A stretch of DNA of 64,000 nucleotides from Hormiphora californensis (taxonomy: Eukaryota > Animalia > Ctenophora), in the NCBI GenBank assembly GCA_020137815.1, contig CM035360.1, positions 7,688,001 through 7,752,000 of the forward strand, written 5' to 3'. This document shows, piece after piece, positions 35,701-49,700 of the stretch (position 1 is the first letter of the stretch; each line of letters starts with the position of its first letter). The notes below the pieces were generated by a model. That model was not told where the DNA came from. It did not search any database and saw only the letters and a list, made by a program, of their open reading frames with translations. The position numbers and the translations under genes were made by a program.

Positions 35701-36271
35701 GTAGAGTGGGCAATGTCAGTATTGTGTATTCTAGAAAATGGTCATGTTTTGTGCTGGGAAATCCGCGCCACTGGGTCAATTACAAGCAATATGCTGGCGA
35801 CATGCCAACTACCAGGGCCCAGGCAGTGCCCCTAGGGTGTTAGGAGAGGGGTCGGGGCAGTGGGAGGGGTGTTAGGAAGTGGGGTGGTATCTATCCTACC
35901 TGTTCCCGCTCTAATGCGCGCTGTCCCGCCATATTCGCTGAGGAGGTCTCTGAATTCGATACTCTCCCGCCCCCCCCCCCTCTCTCTCACTCTCTCTCTC
36001 TCTCACACCTTTCTTCTAACAGGCGTTTGACGCGGCCATTGCTAAGCTTGACGATATACAGCAGGACACGTATAAGGACAGTACTCTAATTATGCAGCTC
36101 CTCAGGGACAATCTCACTGTGAGTAATAACCTCTTGTATTTCAAATACCCCTTGTTCAGCTATGCCACTATTCAGTAACCTATTACAAACTCTAACCACC
36201 GCCCTCTCTCTCAGCTGTGGACGGCTGATTTAGGAGGCGAGGAGGAGGACTACAAGGAGGACAAAGATTAG
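32282..36271 (+). CDS. 14-3-3 protein, 7 exons
   Basis: Exons 32282-32378, 33213-33308, 33397-33503, 33892-34015, 34720-34882, 36023-36118, 36214-36271; [78 protein letters not shown]. Confidence 0.96.
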
Positions 36272-37017
36272 AAGATAGACATGTGAACACTGTGTTTTAT
36301 AGAAACATCAGTTACCCCACACCCTACCCTGGGGTTCCATTGGGTGTGTGGATATAGACGCCTGTTAGGTCTCTCTCTCTCTCTCTTGATACTCACACAC
36401 CATCTATAGGCAATATGATAACCGCCAAAATGTGTGTTCCTTAAAATATGTAATACCCTTTTTCTTTTTAAGTTTTTTACTCCCTATATTTTTCGAGAAG
36501 ACTGAGAGTATAGCACGTTACTGGTAGATTTGAGTTCACTGGGAGATTGTATTGGAGTCTATATTTCCTGACCAAAAACTTTCCAAATTGGCACAAGTGT
36601 AATTTAGGTGTGTGTGTGTGAGAGAACACTTAATCAATTACTGTTATACTATTTTTCTACTAGTAAAAGTTAAATGCAGTAACACAAGTTTCATACTTCC
36701 TGCACAGTTGGTACACACACAAGAAACATAGATATATATTCAAGTAGCTACTATCTCTGTCTCTACCCAATTAGCAATGTTAGATTGTGTCCTATTAATA
36801 ATATCACAGCTGTATCTCTGAATGTGTGTGTACTACCTTGTTTCCGATCTAGGTTCTCTTTCTCGTTCTAAGTACTCATTTTACCAAAAAAACAACGTGT
36901 TTATATATTTGTCCGCTCTGCTGCTGTACAACAGGTCAATGGTTAACTGGAAATCATCTCTCTTTCCACCACTGGTTTTACTGGCCCACTCTGACAAATA
37001 AACCTGAAGACACTGGT

Positions 37018-39389
37018 TCACCGTGTTTTCAGGGTAGCTCTCCCCGTATTGATCATATCAAGATACTCCGAAACAATGTCCCGACCCTCAACATCCTCAC
37101 AGTACGGGTCTCTGTCAGTGTGATGGTATCCCTCTGTACTCAGGGAGGTACTGCTCTGTACCCGGTCTGAACTGCCCCTACTGCTGTGATTGTGGTCTGA
37201 TGTAGACCCAGTGCTGGTACCATGATTAGTCCTGTACCCGTGACATACACAGCAGGTCGTTAGTCTCGCCTGGTACCCTTTATCTTGGAGACGTAATGCT
37301 GACTTCCTCTTCTCTATCAGCTTCAAACCATTCTTCTCGGCTGTCTGAGGAAAGGGGGTAATTAGAAGCAGTACAATACAATGTACACTGTGTACATTTA
37401 GGGCTGACAATGTCTGGGTTAATCATTAAAAGTGCATTGCGCGCCCCGTTCCTGTGAAACCCCATCATTATTGATCTTTTTGACAGGCCAGACACCGGTC
37501 CCAGTTTTGATTATTCTTCAAGATCGGGTCTTGTCATAGCGCCAGACAGTGCTGGCTAGAGTCCAATTTCGGCCCACCAGTCTCCCTGCCAAGCTAGCAC
37601 GTGCTAGAAGTGTGCCAAATCTGGTCTGTTACCATGGCTACAAAGAGGTCTATATAAACCCGGTCACCACGTGCAGATTCTTTGTCCGTTTACTGCTATT
37701 GATTTGCTGTTGTTTTCACACCGCACGTCAAGTTTCGTAAACACTATGATTTCCCCTATGGAAATCTGTCTTCTCTTCGTCGGCATCCTCGTCCTAGCGG
37801 CGTTGTCTACAATACTTGCCGGCCTTCACGCTTTTGCGGGGAGGCTCAGTTCTCTGGAGGCGTCTGTTCAGGGTGTCACTGTTGACCTTGCTTCTTCGGG
37901 AGCCCGTGTCACGAACAACCTGACAGCACTGAAGTGGGGCGTCCTTCGCGTGGCAGATGACATCAAGAGACACCAGACAGACTCCAAGGCCCACAGTCTA
38001 GCTGCCTTGGTGAAGCTCCTAGATGTACTTGTGCGTGAGCACATGGCCACTAGGGACCTCATCAAGGAATCTGGACGCCAATCCTGGCTGGCACTTTCCC
38101 AGGTCGTAGACCGGGCAGCACGGAGGATAGCTGGCCAGTCAGGTAATTCCTCTACCGTTGAGGTCCAGACAGATGTCGAGCTCGGTCTTGTACCGGGCAA
38201 GGACGCACCCGTCCCCTCAGCGGATTCTGTTATCCTTCAGATGGAGTAAGCCTTTAGTGAGACGTGTGTGCTCCGGCTCTCCATCCTGTCTGGTTCTCTT
38301 GGTCTCACTGCCTCGTGACTGACTGTCCTGCTTCAACCTCCAGAGATTCTACTGGCAAGTAGGCCAATTGACGAAGAAAGACCTTTTGCTGTTTATCAGC
38401 GGTTCCCGGGTCCTCTCACTCTGACTCCTATTCTGCCTGGCAAGCAGGATACGGGGGAGGCGTGGGAGGGTCCGGGTTCCCAGAGGGGGGAGTCACTATG
38501 CGATTGTCAGGCAGTATCTGACTCCTTTTTTGGAAGTCAGATAATGCCTAACAATTTCATAGTGACTCTTCGTACCAGCGATGGCCACACAAACTTCTTG
38601 TGTGATCATCGTCCCTCTGCCGTGAGCCTGGTTGGTTGATGGCTCCGTGGGTACGGTCAATCCCACAAAACCCTATATCCCAAAATCTAGATCCTTGTAG
38701 ACCGATAGATAAAGTCAAGTCAAGTCAAGTCAAGTCAAGTCAAGTCAAGTCAAGTCAAGTCAAGTCAAGTCAAGTCGTCAAGTCAAGTCAAGTCAAGTCA
38801 AGTCAAGTCAAGTCAAGTCAAGTCAAGTCAAGTCAAGTCAAGTCAAGTCAAGTCAAGTCAAGTCAAGTCAAGTTAAGTTAAGTCAAGTTAAGTCAAGTCA
38901 AGAAGACAATTGACAAGATAAGACATCTCACATCAATTCAAGAACACAAAAAGCAAGTCGAAGAGCTAGAGGCGTAAAAAAGCATAACTAACCAAGAGGA
39001 AATAATTATTTACTAATTTAGTTTGTTTGAAAGTTTCCAAAACAAATCTGACTGTTTACTGCCCATCAATTTATACCCAGAGTAATATTTGGGTCAGAAC
39101 ACTCACTGTTCGCATGACAACTAAAACCTTCGTCAACGCTGCTTAAAACGAAATACGTAGTTATACCATCCCTGTCTGGCGGTGCCGACCCGATCCGAGC
39201 GGGTACCACCAGAAAGTAATATCTAGTTCGCGACGTAGTATCAGGGCAAACCTTGAGGAGATCTATTTTCTGGTTTAGTGTATCCTGCAGCTGATTGTTG
39301 ATTCTCTTACTGCTCTCATTCTGTAGTTTCTCAAATGTTAACTTCCCTGAAAAGGGTACCCTCCTCTTCTTTCTCTCTCCTATCAACAT
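37018..39389 (-). CDS. Hypothetical protein, two coding exons (39389-39252 and 37344-~37018); ends uncertain
   Basis: Phase-0 GT-AG junction joins ...NQKIDLLK to TAEKNGLKLIEKRK...; ATG in ACCATG context; no recognisable domain. Confidence 0.55.
37746..38249 (+). CDS. Intronless ORF (~167 aa) with N-terminal hydrophobic anchor and helical region, inside the TG..CA element
   Basis: TATATAAA at ~37651; MISPMEICLLFVGILVLAALSTILAGL followed by an amphipathic helical segment. Confidence 0.5.
   Translation: MISPMEICLLFVGILVLAALSTILAGLHAFAGRLSSLEASVQGVTVDLASSGARVTNNLTALKWGVLRVADDIKRHQTDSKAHSLAALVKLLDVLVREHMATRDLIKESGRQSWLALSQVVDRAARRIAGQSGNSSTVEVQTDVELGLVPGKDAPVPSADSVILQME
38712..38902 (+). repeat. 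(AAGTC)n pentanucleotide microsatellite
   Basis: Direct reading. Confidence 0.97.
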
Positions 39390-39500
39390 GGTGATCTGGG
39401 GCAGGGAAACATTTGAGATAGGAAATTATAAGTTTCAGATTCTCAGTTACTCAGTTAGTACCAGAATTTTACAACCCTAGTTGATCTCTAGATATAGAAC

Positions 39501-39850
39501 TGTCAGGTCAATGCTCTGACCGCGGCAGTTCTCGCATGCTCCTTTGAAAAAAAGAGAATATGGTCAGGTTAACGCTCTGACAGAGATATGATCCAAAAAC
39601 TGACTAGAAAGAATTTAAAGCAAAGAGAATTGAAAGCAAAGAATATTAAAATAGAACATGTTGATATAATGGCAAATATTTATTTAACTTGAAGCATTAT
39701 AAAGCATTAGGCTTGCATGTTGCATATCATAAGAGGGCATTAGGACGACATTATACAAGCACTGCGAACATAGTGTACAGCACAGAATGCACAAGCACTT
39801 AGAGCACATGGTCACAGTTCAGTGATAGTGCAGGGAGAGAGGGAGGGAGG

Positions 39851-39947
<97 letters not shown>

Positions 39948-40209
39948 TTTGTGAGAAATGAGAATGAAAGAAAGAGACGTCGGAAGGTCGAAAGAACTCA
40001 AAGAACTTAACCAGCTGCTAGCGGGGATACAACACAGTTCAATTGAGAGGGGGGGGGGGACAAAGTGCATGAGAGGCCTGATTATATTCTCAATGGGATG
40101 AAGCGGTAATCATCAGAGAAAGAAAACACAGGACACAAAGATGTCCACAAAAATCAGGGACATGACATTTTTCTCTCTCTCTGATCCAAGTTACTCTCAC
40201 TCACTCTCT

Positions 40210-40253
<44 letters not shown>

Positions 40254-40686
40254 GCCTCTCTCACAATTGTGTGATGCAACTGTTAATAGGAGCTAGTGTT
40301 AAAATAATTCCATAATATGTTTTGTAGCCATATGTCTGATATTCCCTTTCACTTTCACAACCTAACGTGCCGCTGCTTGTTAACCAACTCTCTTCCCACA
40401 CCGTGTATTAAATAATAGTGTGCAGGATTATTCATCATCATGTGTGTGGTTCCTTCATCATCATCATGATGTGGTTAGATAAAGTCTAGAAGTAGTACTA
40501 TTATAAGAACTATTATAAGACTCCACGGAATAATACTGCAGAAGCAGCAGCAGTATTACAGAAGCAGTATTATTGAGAAGATTGAGGAATTGAAGATGAT
40601 TTGCCGATTCGGTCTCAACCTGTCGGAGCACACGAGAACTGTTAGAACTAAGAACTGTTATCCGTGGTCAGAGCATTGGCCTGACA
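39501..40686. mobile_element. Possible TIR element with TGT...ACA ends (Ginger-like)
   Basis: TGTCAGG(T/C)CAATGCTCTGACC(G/A)CGG inverted at 39501-39525 and 40662-40686; no matching TSD. Confidence 0.4.
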
Positions 40687-40947
40687 GGTCTCAACCAGTC
40701 TAATGCTGCAGCCATCCAACAAATCATAATGTGATCAGTTCTGATTTATTGACCGATCCAAAAACCAGATGACAATAAGTAAACACGTTAAATTTTGTGC
40801 TAGTAAACTGTTTCATCTAGCACAATTCATTTTCCCAATAGAACACTCTCACACACTTTCTCTATCTCTAGTCTCTCAGTTCATGTTTCTCTCTCAATGT
40901 CATTTGAGAAATCAGAGTCCTTCCATGTGTGTAGCTGCAGTGAGACT

Positions 40948-42574
<1,627 letters not shown>

Positions 42575-42849
42575 TCTGGACAAAGGGAAAGGGAGGGGGG
42601 GGGTGAGAGTGGGGTTAAATAGTTCTCTTAATTCACAATGAAATAGAGACTAAAACATTTCAGTGCCTCACACAAAAAGTAAGTTTGAGAAGTGAAGTGC
42701 ACCATACCTTGTTGGTATCCATATGGCCTCAGATAAGAGTCCTAGTCTCGTGAGTCCCCCACAGGGTTCGATAAGAGATAGGTTCCTCTCTCTCTGGCGC
42801 TAACTCAATCTGCTTGGGAGACGCTTATCACCTTCCCCCTCTGACGCAG

Positions 42850-43637
<788 letters not shown>

Positions 43638-43721
43638 ACAGTTTTCTTCTCCTGCCATCTGAAGTTCACTCTCTCTCTACCATCACGTTCATCTCTGATC
43701 TAGATCGGGGATCTGTACAGT

Positions 43722-46700
43722 TCAAGTACGGGGAGCAGTATCCAACCACTCCTCATCTGCATATATGTCCTCCATCTCCCCTTCATCCTCCACATCTATC
43801 GCAGGAGGTGCAGACACAGTACGGGGTTTTGGAGGAGGAGCAGGTGGTAGGACCGGGGGTGGTCGAGAGAGAATTGCTGGAGGTGGCAGTGAGGCAAGAC
43901 GAGTTGGAGGGGCTCTAAATCCTGCACTACCGTGTCTACCAGGGAGAGGAGGAGGGGCAGAATGGAGGGGTGGCCGGGCTGCTGGGGTCGGAGGGGCCGG
44001 GAGCGAGAAGGAGGAATCGATATAAAGTTCATCGTCCTCTCCGTATTCGTCACCGCTAAACACAAACCCAGGAGAGGGAGGGGAGAAGATACCAGGGGAG
44101 GGGATCATATCTTGTCGGATAGTCATTGCACCAGGATCGAAATACATATCATCTTCAGCATCATTCCCAGCCTGATCTTCCTCCTCGATAACAGCAATAG
44201 AAAGGGACCTCAACCCACTGGAGGTGACCACATCGCTAGCAGTCATGTAGTTATCATCATCATCCACTTGATCCTGGGAGGTTGTGGGGAGTGGGTCTGG
44301 TTTTGTGGCAAAGTTGGGGAAGATATTGACAGTGGTGCTGTTCTTTCGGGTCCCCAGAGATCCCCTACGAGGCACATCTAGTTGTATATCTGTTTCTGGC
44401 TCCTGGTGTGTGGGGGAGATTTAGAATTGAGGAAGGGATTAGGGGGCAACAAACTGAGCTTCCAGATTACAATAATTCTACATTTGTCGAATTCTATCAT
44501 ACTTAACCAGCTGCCCTTCTAACATGTTATATAAAATGTACCTCGACAGCAACAGATATGGAAGGTTCATCGGGTCCTGAATCAAAGTCAGCGTATATAT
44601 CCTCATCCTCTCCCTCCTCAGGGGCGTTAGTTATCACAATAGGCATCACCGGCTCATTCACCTGTTATGGGAGAGTTATAGGAGGGAGTTATAGGAGGGA
44701 GCCGGGAGGGTAGGTCAAACATGAAAACATTTCCGAGTATACACACATGCTTAATAACAGATCATCCGACATTCACTTCCGGGTGAAGGGCAGGGAAAAA
44801 TACTTCCGTTAAAATATGACAACACATATCCACCTACCACATAAATCTCATCATCACTAGCCTCATTTTCACTGTATCCTGACCCACCACCTCCACTGGC
44901 ATCCACTATATCTGGCTCTTCCTCCCCACTATCAAACTCACTAGCACTATCATAGGGTCTGTTATCTCCCAGATAGTTCCGGGTCTCATCATTCAACTTC
45001 CTGGGTGGTTACCATGGTTACATCATTATGTGGGTGTGTGGTTACAACATTATGTGGGTGTGGTTAATAAGGGAGTGGAAAAAGGAGCGAAAAATGGAGA
45101 CTGATTGGTTGAAATAGATCTGGTAGAAAGTAGATAATTCGAACAAAAATTTATTGCAAAACAAATTAAACTCACGAGAGGGGTGCCTGTTTCTGTGTCT
45201 CTACATGATAAGCAATGGATACCATCCACTTCCTTCTCTCCTCGTTAGACAGTGTGGCAAAGAACCATGTTTTAGCTGATAGATCATCATTCTTCAGAGA
45301 AAAGTGGAACCTGGGAGGGTTGATGGTGTCCTTTATCCCCGGTGTTAGCTCTACTTTAGTGTAGTCCAGATCTATCTCACTCAAAGGGTTCAGATCAGAT
45401 TCCATCTCCGTGCGGAACAACCGGAGACCACTGCTTGGGTGTAGTCTGAGATGTCTGCGAAGACGGTAGTCACCATCTGTAATAGAGGGGGATGTTACCA
45501 TGGTTACCATGGTTACCTAACCTGTTACCATAGTGAATAAAAAGTGTTTCGAATGTTTGTTTTATCTTACCTTCCCTTTCTGCAACGAATAGGTAACCGC
45601 TGTAAAACGCTTGGGGATCACAGTATCCAGGTGCTGAAAAGAGGGGAGGATTAAAAACTTCTGGAAACTAACTTATCTAAAAGTATCCCACCTAAATATT
45701 CGGGTCCTTTCCTTTTAGAAAACGTCTTTTTTAGATGCTTAGAAAATTTCAAAGTTGCCAACGGCGATGGTTTCTTATGATGTTCCTCATAAAGATTTTG
45801 AGGGGCTAGGTTAGTATTTTCCGTGAAATCGAGAGGCGCTTCAAACTTTGTGTGGCTCACTAATAGGGATCCCTAAAAAAGTTCAGTATTTACACAGAGT
45901 TTACACAGTCTTTACACAGTCGTTACACCCAGAGCGCCCGCGCCGCTCTGGGTGTAAAGACTGCGTCTTTCGCACTCGATTTGCAGCGTTTTCGGAAACT
46001 TTTTTCGCCGCAGCGCTCAATTTACTCAATTGTGCAGCACACAATCCAATATTTTCTTAGAAAAAGCCGCAAAACGCAGCACGCGCCGCTCTGGGTGTAA
46101 TGACTGTGTAAAGACTGTGTAAACTCTGTGTAAATACTGAACTTTTTTAGGGATCCCTATACAGGTGCTGATATATTCGACTTTTTCCGCTTTTTCTTTC
46201 CAAAGAGTTTCATAGCTAAACAAAATTAATTTCTCAAGATAAGAGGTATCTATTAGTAGGAGCGCTTAGAGCATGCACGTGCAAAAGTCGTGCGCCACCC
46301 AATAATTTAGGTTACTGTCACACCTTTGCTTTGCATCGAATCTTGGAATGCGCTGCAGCCCCCTCATGCGCGCACCCCCGCAACGAGGGGACTGGAGGGA
46401 ATGCCGCGCGCGCGTTTGGCCTGATCCCGGCTGGGTCGAAGATAACTTTGCGGTCGAAAAAACGGCGGTGCTTATAACTTTGGCTCCTGAAGTCCGTTTG
46501 ACTTGATTCTTTCACCAGTTGTTAGATCTGACGATTATCTACCTTGCTGTTTTTGAGAGAAGTTAATTGGACTTAAGGAGGCTGAGCAATAGCCGTTGAA
46601 AGATGGGTTGTTTTCAAAAAGTGACGTCACAGATTCTTGCAGGGACACCTTTTTAAAAATTTCATTCAAATTTTGATTTTACCGCACTCGATTTTGCGGA

Positions 46701-49700
46701 GTTTGGTTCATATCTCCTGTTCCTGATAAGATAGAGACCTGAAACCGGTTGCATTTGAAAGCTGTTATCTTCCTCTTTCCAACGCTACCAAAACGATTTC
46801 TGTACCTTATCTGGAACCGGAGATATGATTGATTATGTATTCCCCCCTAGCGCGGTATTCCCTCCAGGCCCCTTATATTATATTATAAGGGGCCTGCAAC
46901 GTATAGTGGAAGCTCTTACGGTATTCCCACGACCGTGGGAAAAGAGAGATAGATAGAAATACTAAGAGAGAGAAATTAGTCTCTCTTAGTATTTCTATCT
47001 ATCTCTCTTTTCCCACGGTCGTGGGAATACCGTAAGAGCTTCCACTAGTATGCCAACATCGAATCAAAAAATCACCCCCAATTTTTTTAGATCTCGACAA
47101 GATCTTTCGAAAACTTGAAAGTCATTTTTGATTGGAGGTGAAATGAAGGAGCTATGACAATGCACAAAAAAGGTGGTGCGCGACTTTTGTCGGGAATTGA
47201 TCTAAGCGCTCCTACTATATGGCGAGTAGACTACAGCTGCAGAGAAAAGGAAAAAGAAATTGATATCTTGGGAGCAGGGAGCGATGTAACAACATTGATC
47301 AAGGGGTGTGGGCCGAGTGTATTCCGCTCACCATTGTAGCAATATAAGCTCTTTCTAACAACACTATTATGTACTAGAGGGATCAATCATAATCTGAGCA
47401 ACATAGAACAATGGCTTGATTAATGCAAAACAACTCCTCCTGCTGACCGCCTGGTGAGTGTTTGCTATTCATACAGCTAGAATCCCCTTCCTAGTAGACC
47501 CGCCCGGGATAACAACGTTATTAGACACACATGTGAGACATATTATGAAAACAACATGTTGAAATGTATGACGGAAAGTGAAAAATATTCCTAGACCTTA
47601 TCATGGACCTGCAACAACCTAAATTAGCCATCCATTTCTTGCACTGAAAAGCGTTCACTTTCGGGGCGTATGACATACCTCCAGGTGTAATAGAATGCTG
47701 ATTTACTTTCCTCGTATTCAGAATGGGCGAGGTAGACGGTGCTGAAATGGGAAGTGTTATAATTTGCTGACCAGTGAAAGGTTAAAAATAAATAAGATCC
47801 AAAACAAGTAAATATCTACAAAATCTGCTTCAAGTTTATTAAAATATGCCTCACAAAATGACACACACACACACACGAAAAAATTCCGAATCTTGTCTGA
47901 GGACTACCATTAATCAGCAAGTACAGCAAGGGCCCAGTGAGGACAGAGACGGTCTCAGATACTACTACTAAGATGCTTCACAGTTCATTCAGCGGTAGTA
48001 AAAACCTCCAAGGATAAATCGTCTCTCCTGCGATGGTGTAGTACAAACATCTGCAACTGGTTGAAGTGCAGCTCCAGTAGGAAAAGGATCGTTTGTTGGT
48101 GATATCTCTTGGACTGTTTCGGGGCTCTTATCATTGTTTCCTCCTATAGCTGCAACTGATACCCTTCGCAGCCAATTCTTCTTCTTTTTTGGTTGCTCAG
48201 GAGGCTGGCTTGCGATCTGTAGAGGCTGGCTTGAGATCTGCACCACACTAGGTCTCGGTGGAACAGGGGGCCGTTTAGTAGGTGAAATATCTTCAGTCGG
48301 GCTAGGGGTAGAAGAAGCACTGAAGGACTTAGATCTAGAAGAGATTCCAGCAGATCGCATGGGTGATATTTCAGGATCTCCTCTTCTCAAAGACAAGGAA
48401 GACCTTCCTTTTGGTGGTTTGCTAGTTGGTCTCGCTGGTTCGGGACGCTCTGGAGGCTTAACAGGGGAAATAGGCTTTACATCTACCGGCTGAATGTTCT
48501 CCATTTGAGAAGGAGCTTTCTTGAAACTTGGCGGCTTTGTCTTAGGGCGTAAGGGCTCAGGAGTCAACGGGACAGTAACAGGTTTAACGATTAATGTGGT
48601 ATCCGACGGCTTCTTAATTGACCCGGGAGGTTTACTCATCGGTCTCACGGGCTCAGGAGTCTTTACCGTAGTTTCCTTTTTAGATTTCTTCTTAGCCTTT
48701 AGCATAGGACATTCTTCTGGTCGTGAAGGGGCGGCAACCCCGGTCTTAACCGCTAATTCCACCTCTACATCGGGACCAGCGCTGTCCATTTTCTTTTCAA
48801 CTGAACCTGGAGGTTTGTTTTTGGGACGAACTGGTTCCACAATCTCTTCAACTGATTGCTTTTTCTTTTTAGACTTCCTTTTAGCTCCAGGAGGACCTAT
48901 CTCAGGTCGTGATGGTGCAGTATTTACAACTGCGACAATCTCTACTTCTGTTTCTTCACCCTTTGAAGTTTCAATTGAGCCGGGTGGCTTACTCACAGGT
49001 CGAACTGGATTCTCAGTTTCCTCAATAGTTTGCTTTTTCTTCTTGGACTTTCTCTTTGCATCACTAGGAGGCCCATCTATGGGCCTAGAAGGGGCCGAAA
49101 TATCCTCAACACTCTCCACTTCATTTTTCTTCTTTATCGATCCCGGTGGTTTTGATTTAGGACGCACCGGCTCAGGAGTCATCGGAATGGGTATGTCTGA
49201 GCATATGATCAGACTATTTTCCTTTTGAGGAGGTTTCGTAGCAGGTCTTTTTGGTTCTTCAATAGTTTCTTTGTTCTTTTTCTGCTTCTTTGTCTTCTTC
49301 GGATTGGGAGGCAGTGTTTCTGGTCGCTGGGGTGGGGGACTAACCGAGGCAGCTTTCATTTTTGATGCTTCTGCCTCTGACTTTTCTGTGACATTCAAAG
49401 AACCTATTTTGGGAGGCTTGCCTTTTGGGCGAGTAGGCTCTGGAGTCTTTATGGAAGGTATACTGGAGGCGACAAGACTATCTCCCTTGGCTGGAGGTTT
49501 AGTGTTAGGACGAACGGGTTCCGGTGTTTTTGGCACGGCTTTTTTATCGACTGAATTTTCTGTGACAGACAAAGAACCTATTTTGGGCGGCTTGCCTTTC
49601 GGGCGAGTAGGCTCTGGAGTCTTTATGGAAGGTATACTGGAGGCGACAAGACTATCTCCCTTGGCTGGAGGTTTAGTGTTAGGACGAACGGGTTCCGGTG

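Larger units (their letters stand above)
37405..39243. mobile_element. 1.84 kb TG...CA element with 4-bp TSD (solo-LTR-like) inside a short intron
   Basis: GGGC|TGACA ... TATCA|GGGC; removing it leaves a ~64-nt host intron; no RT, integrase or transposase visible. Confidence 0.6.
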
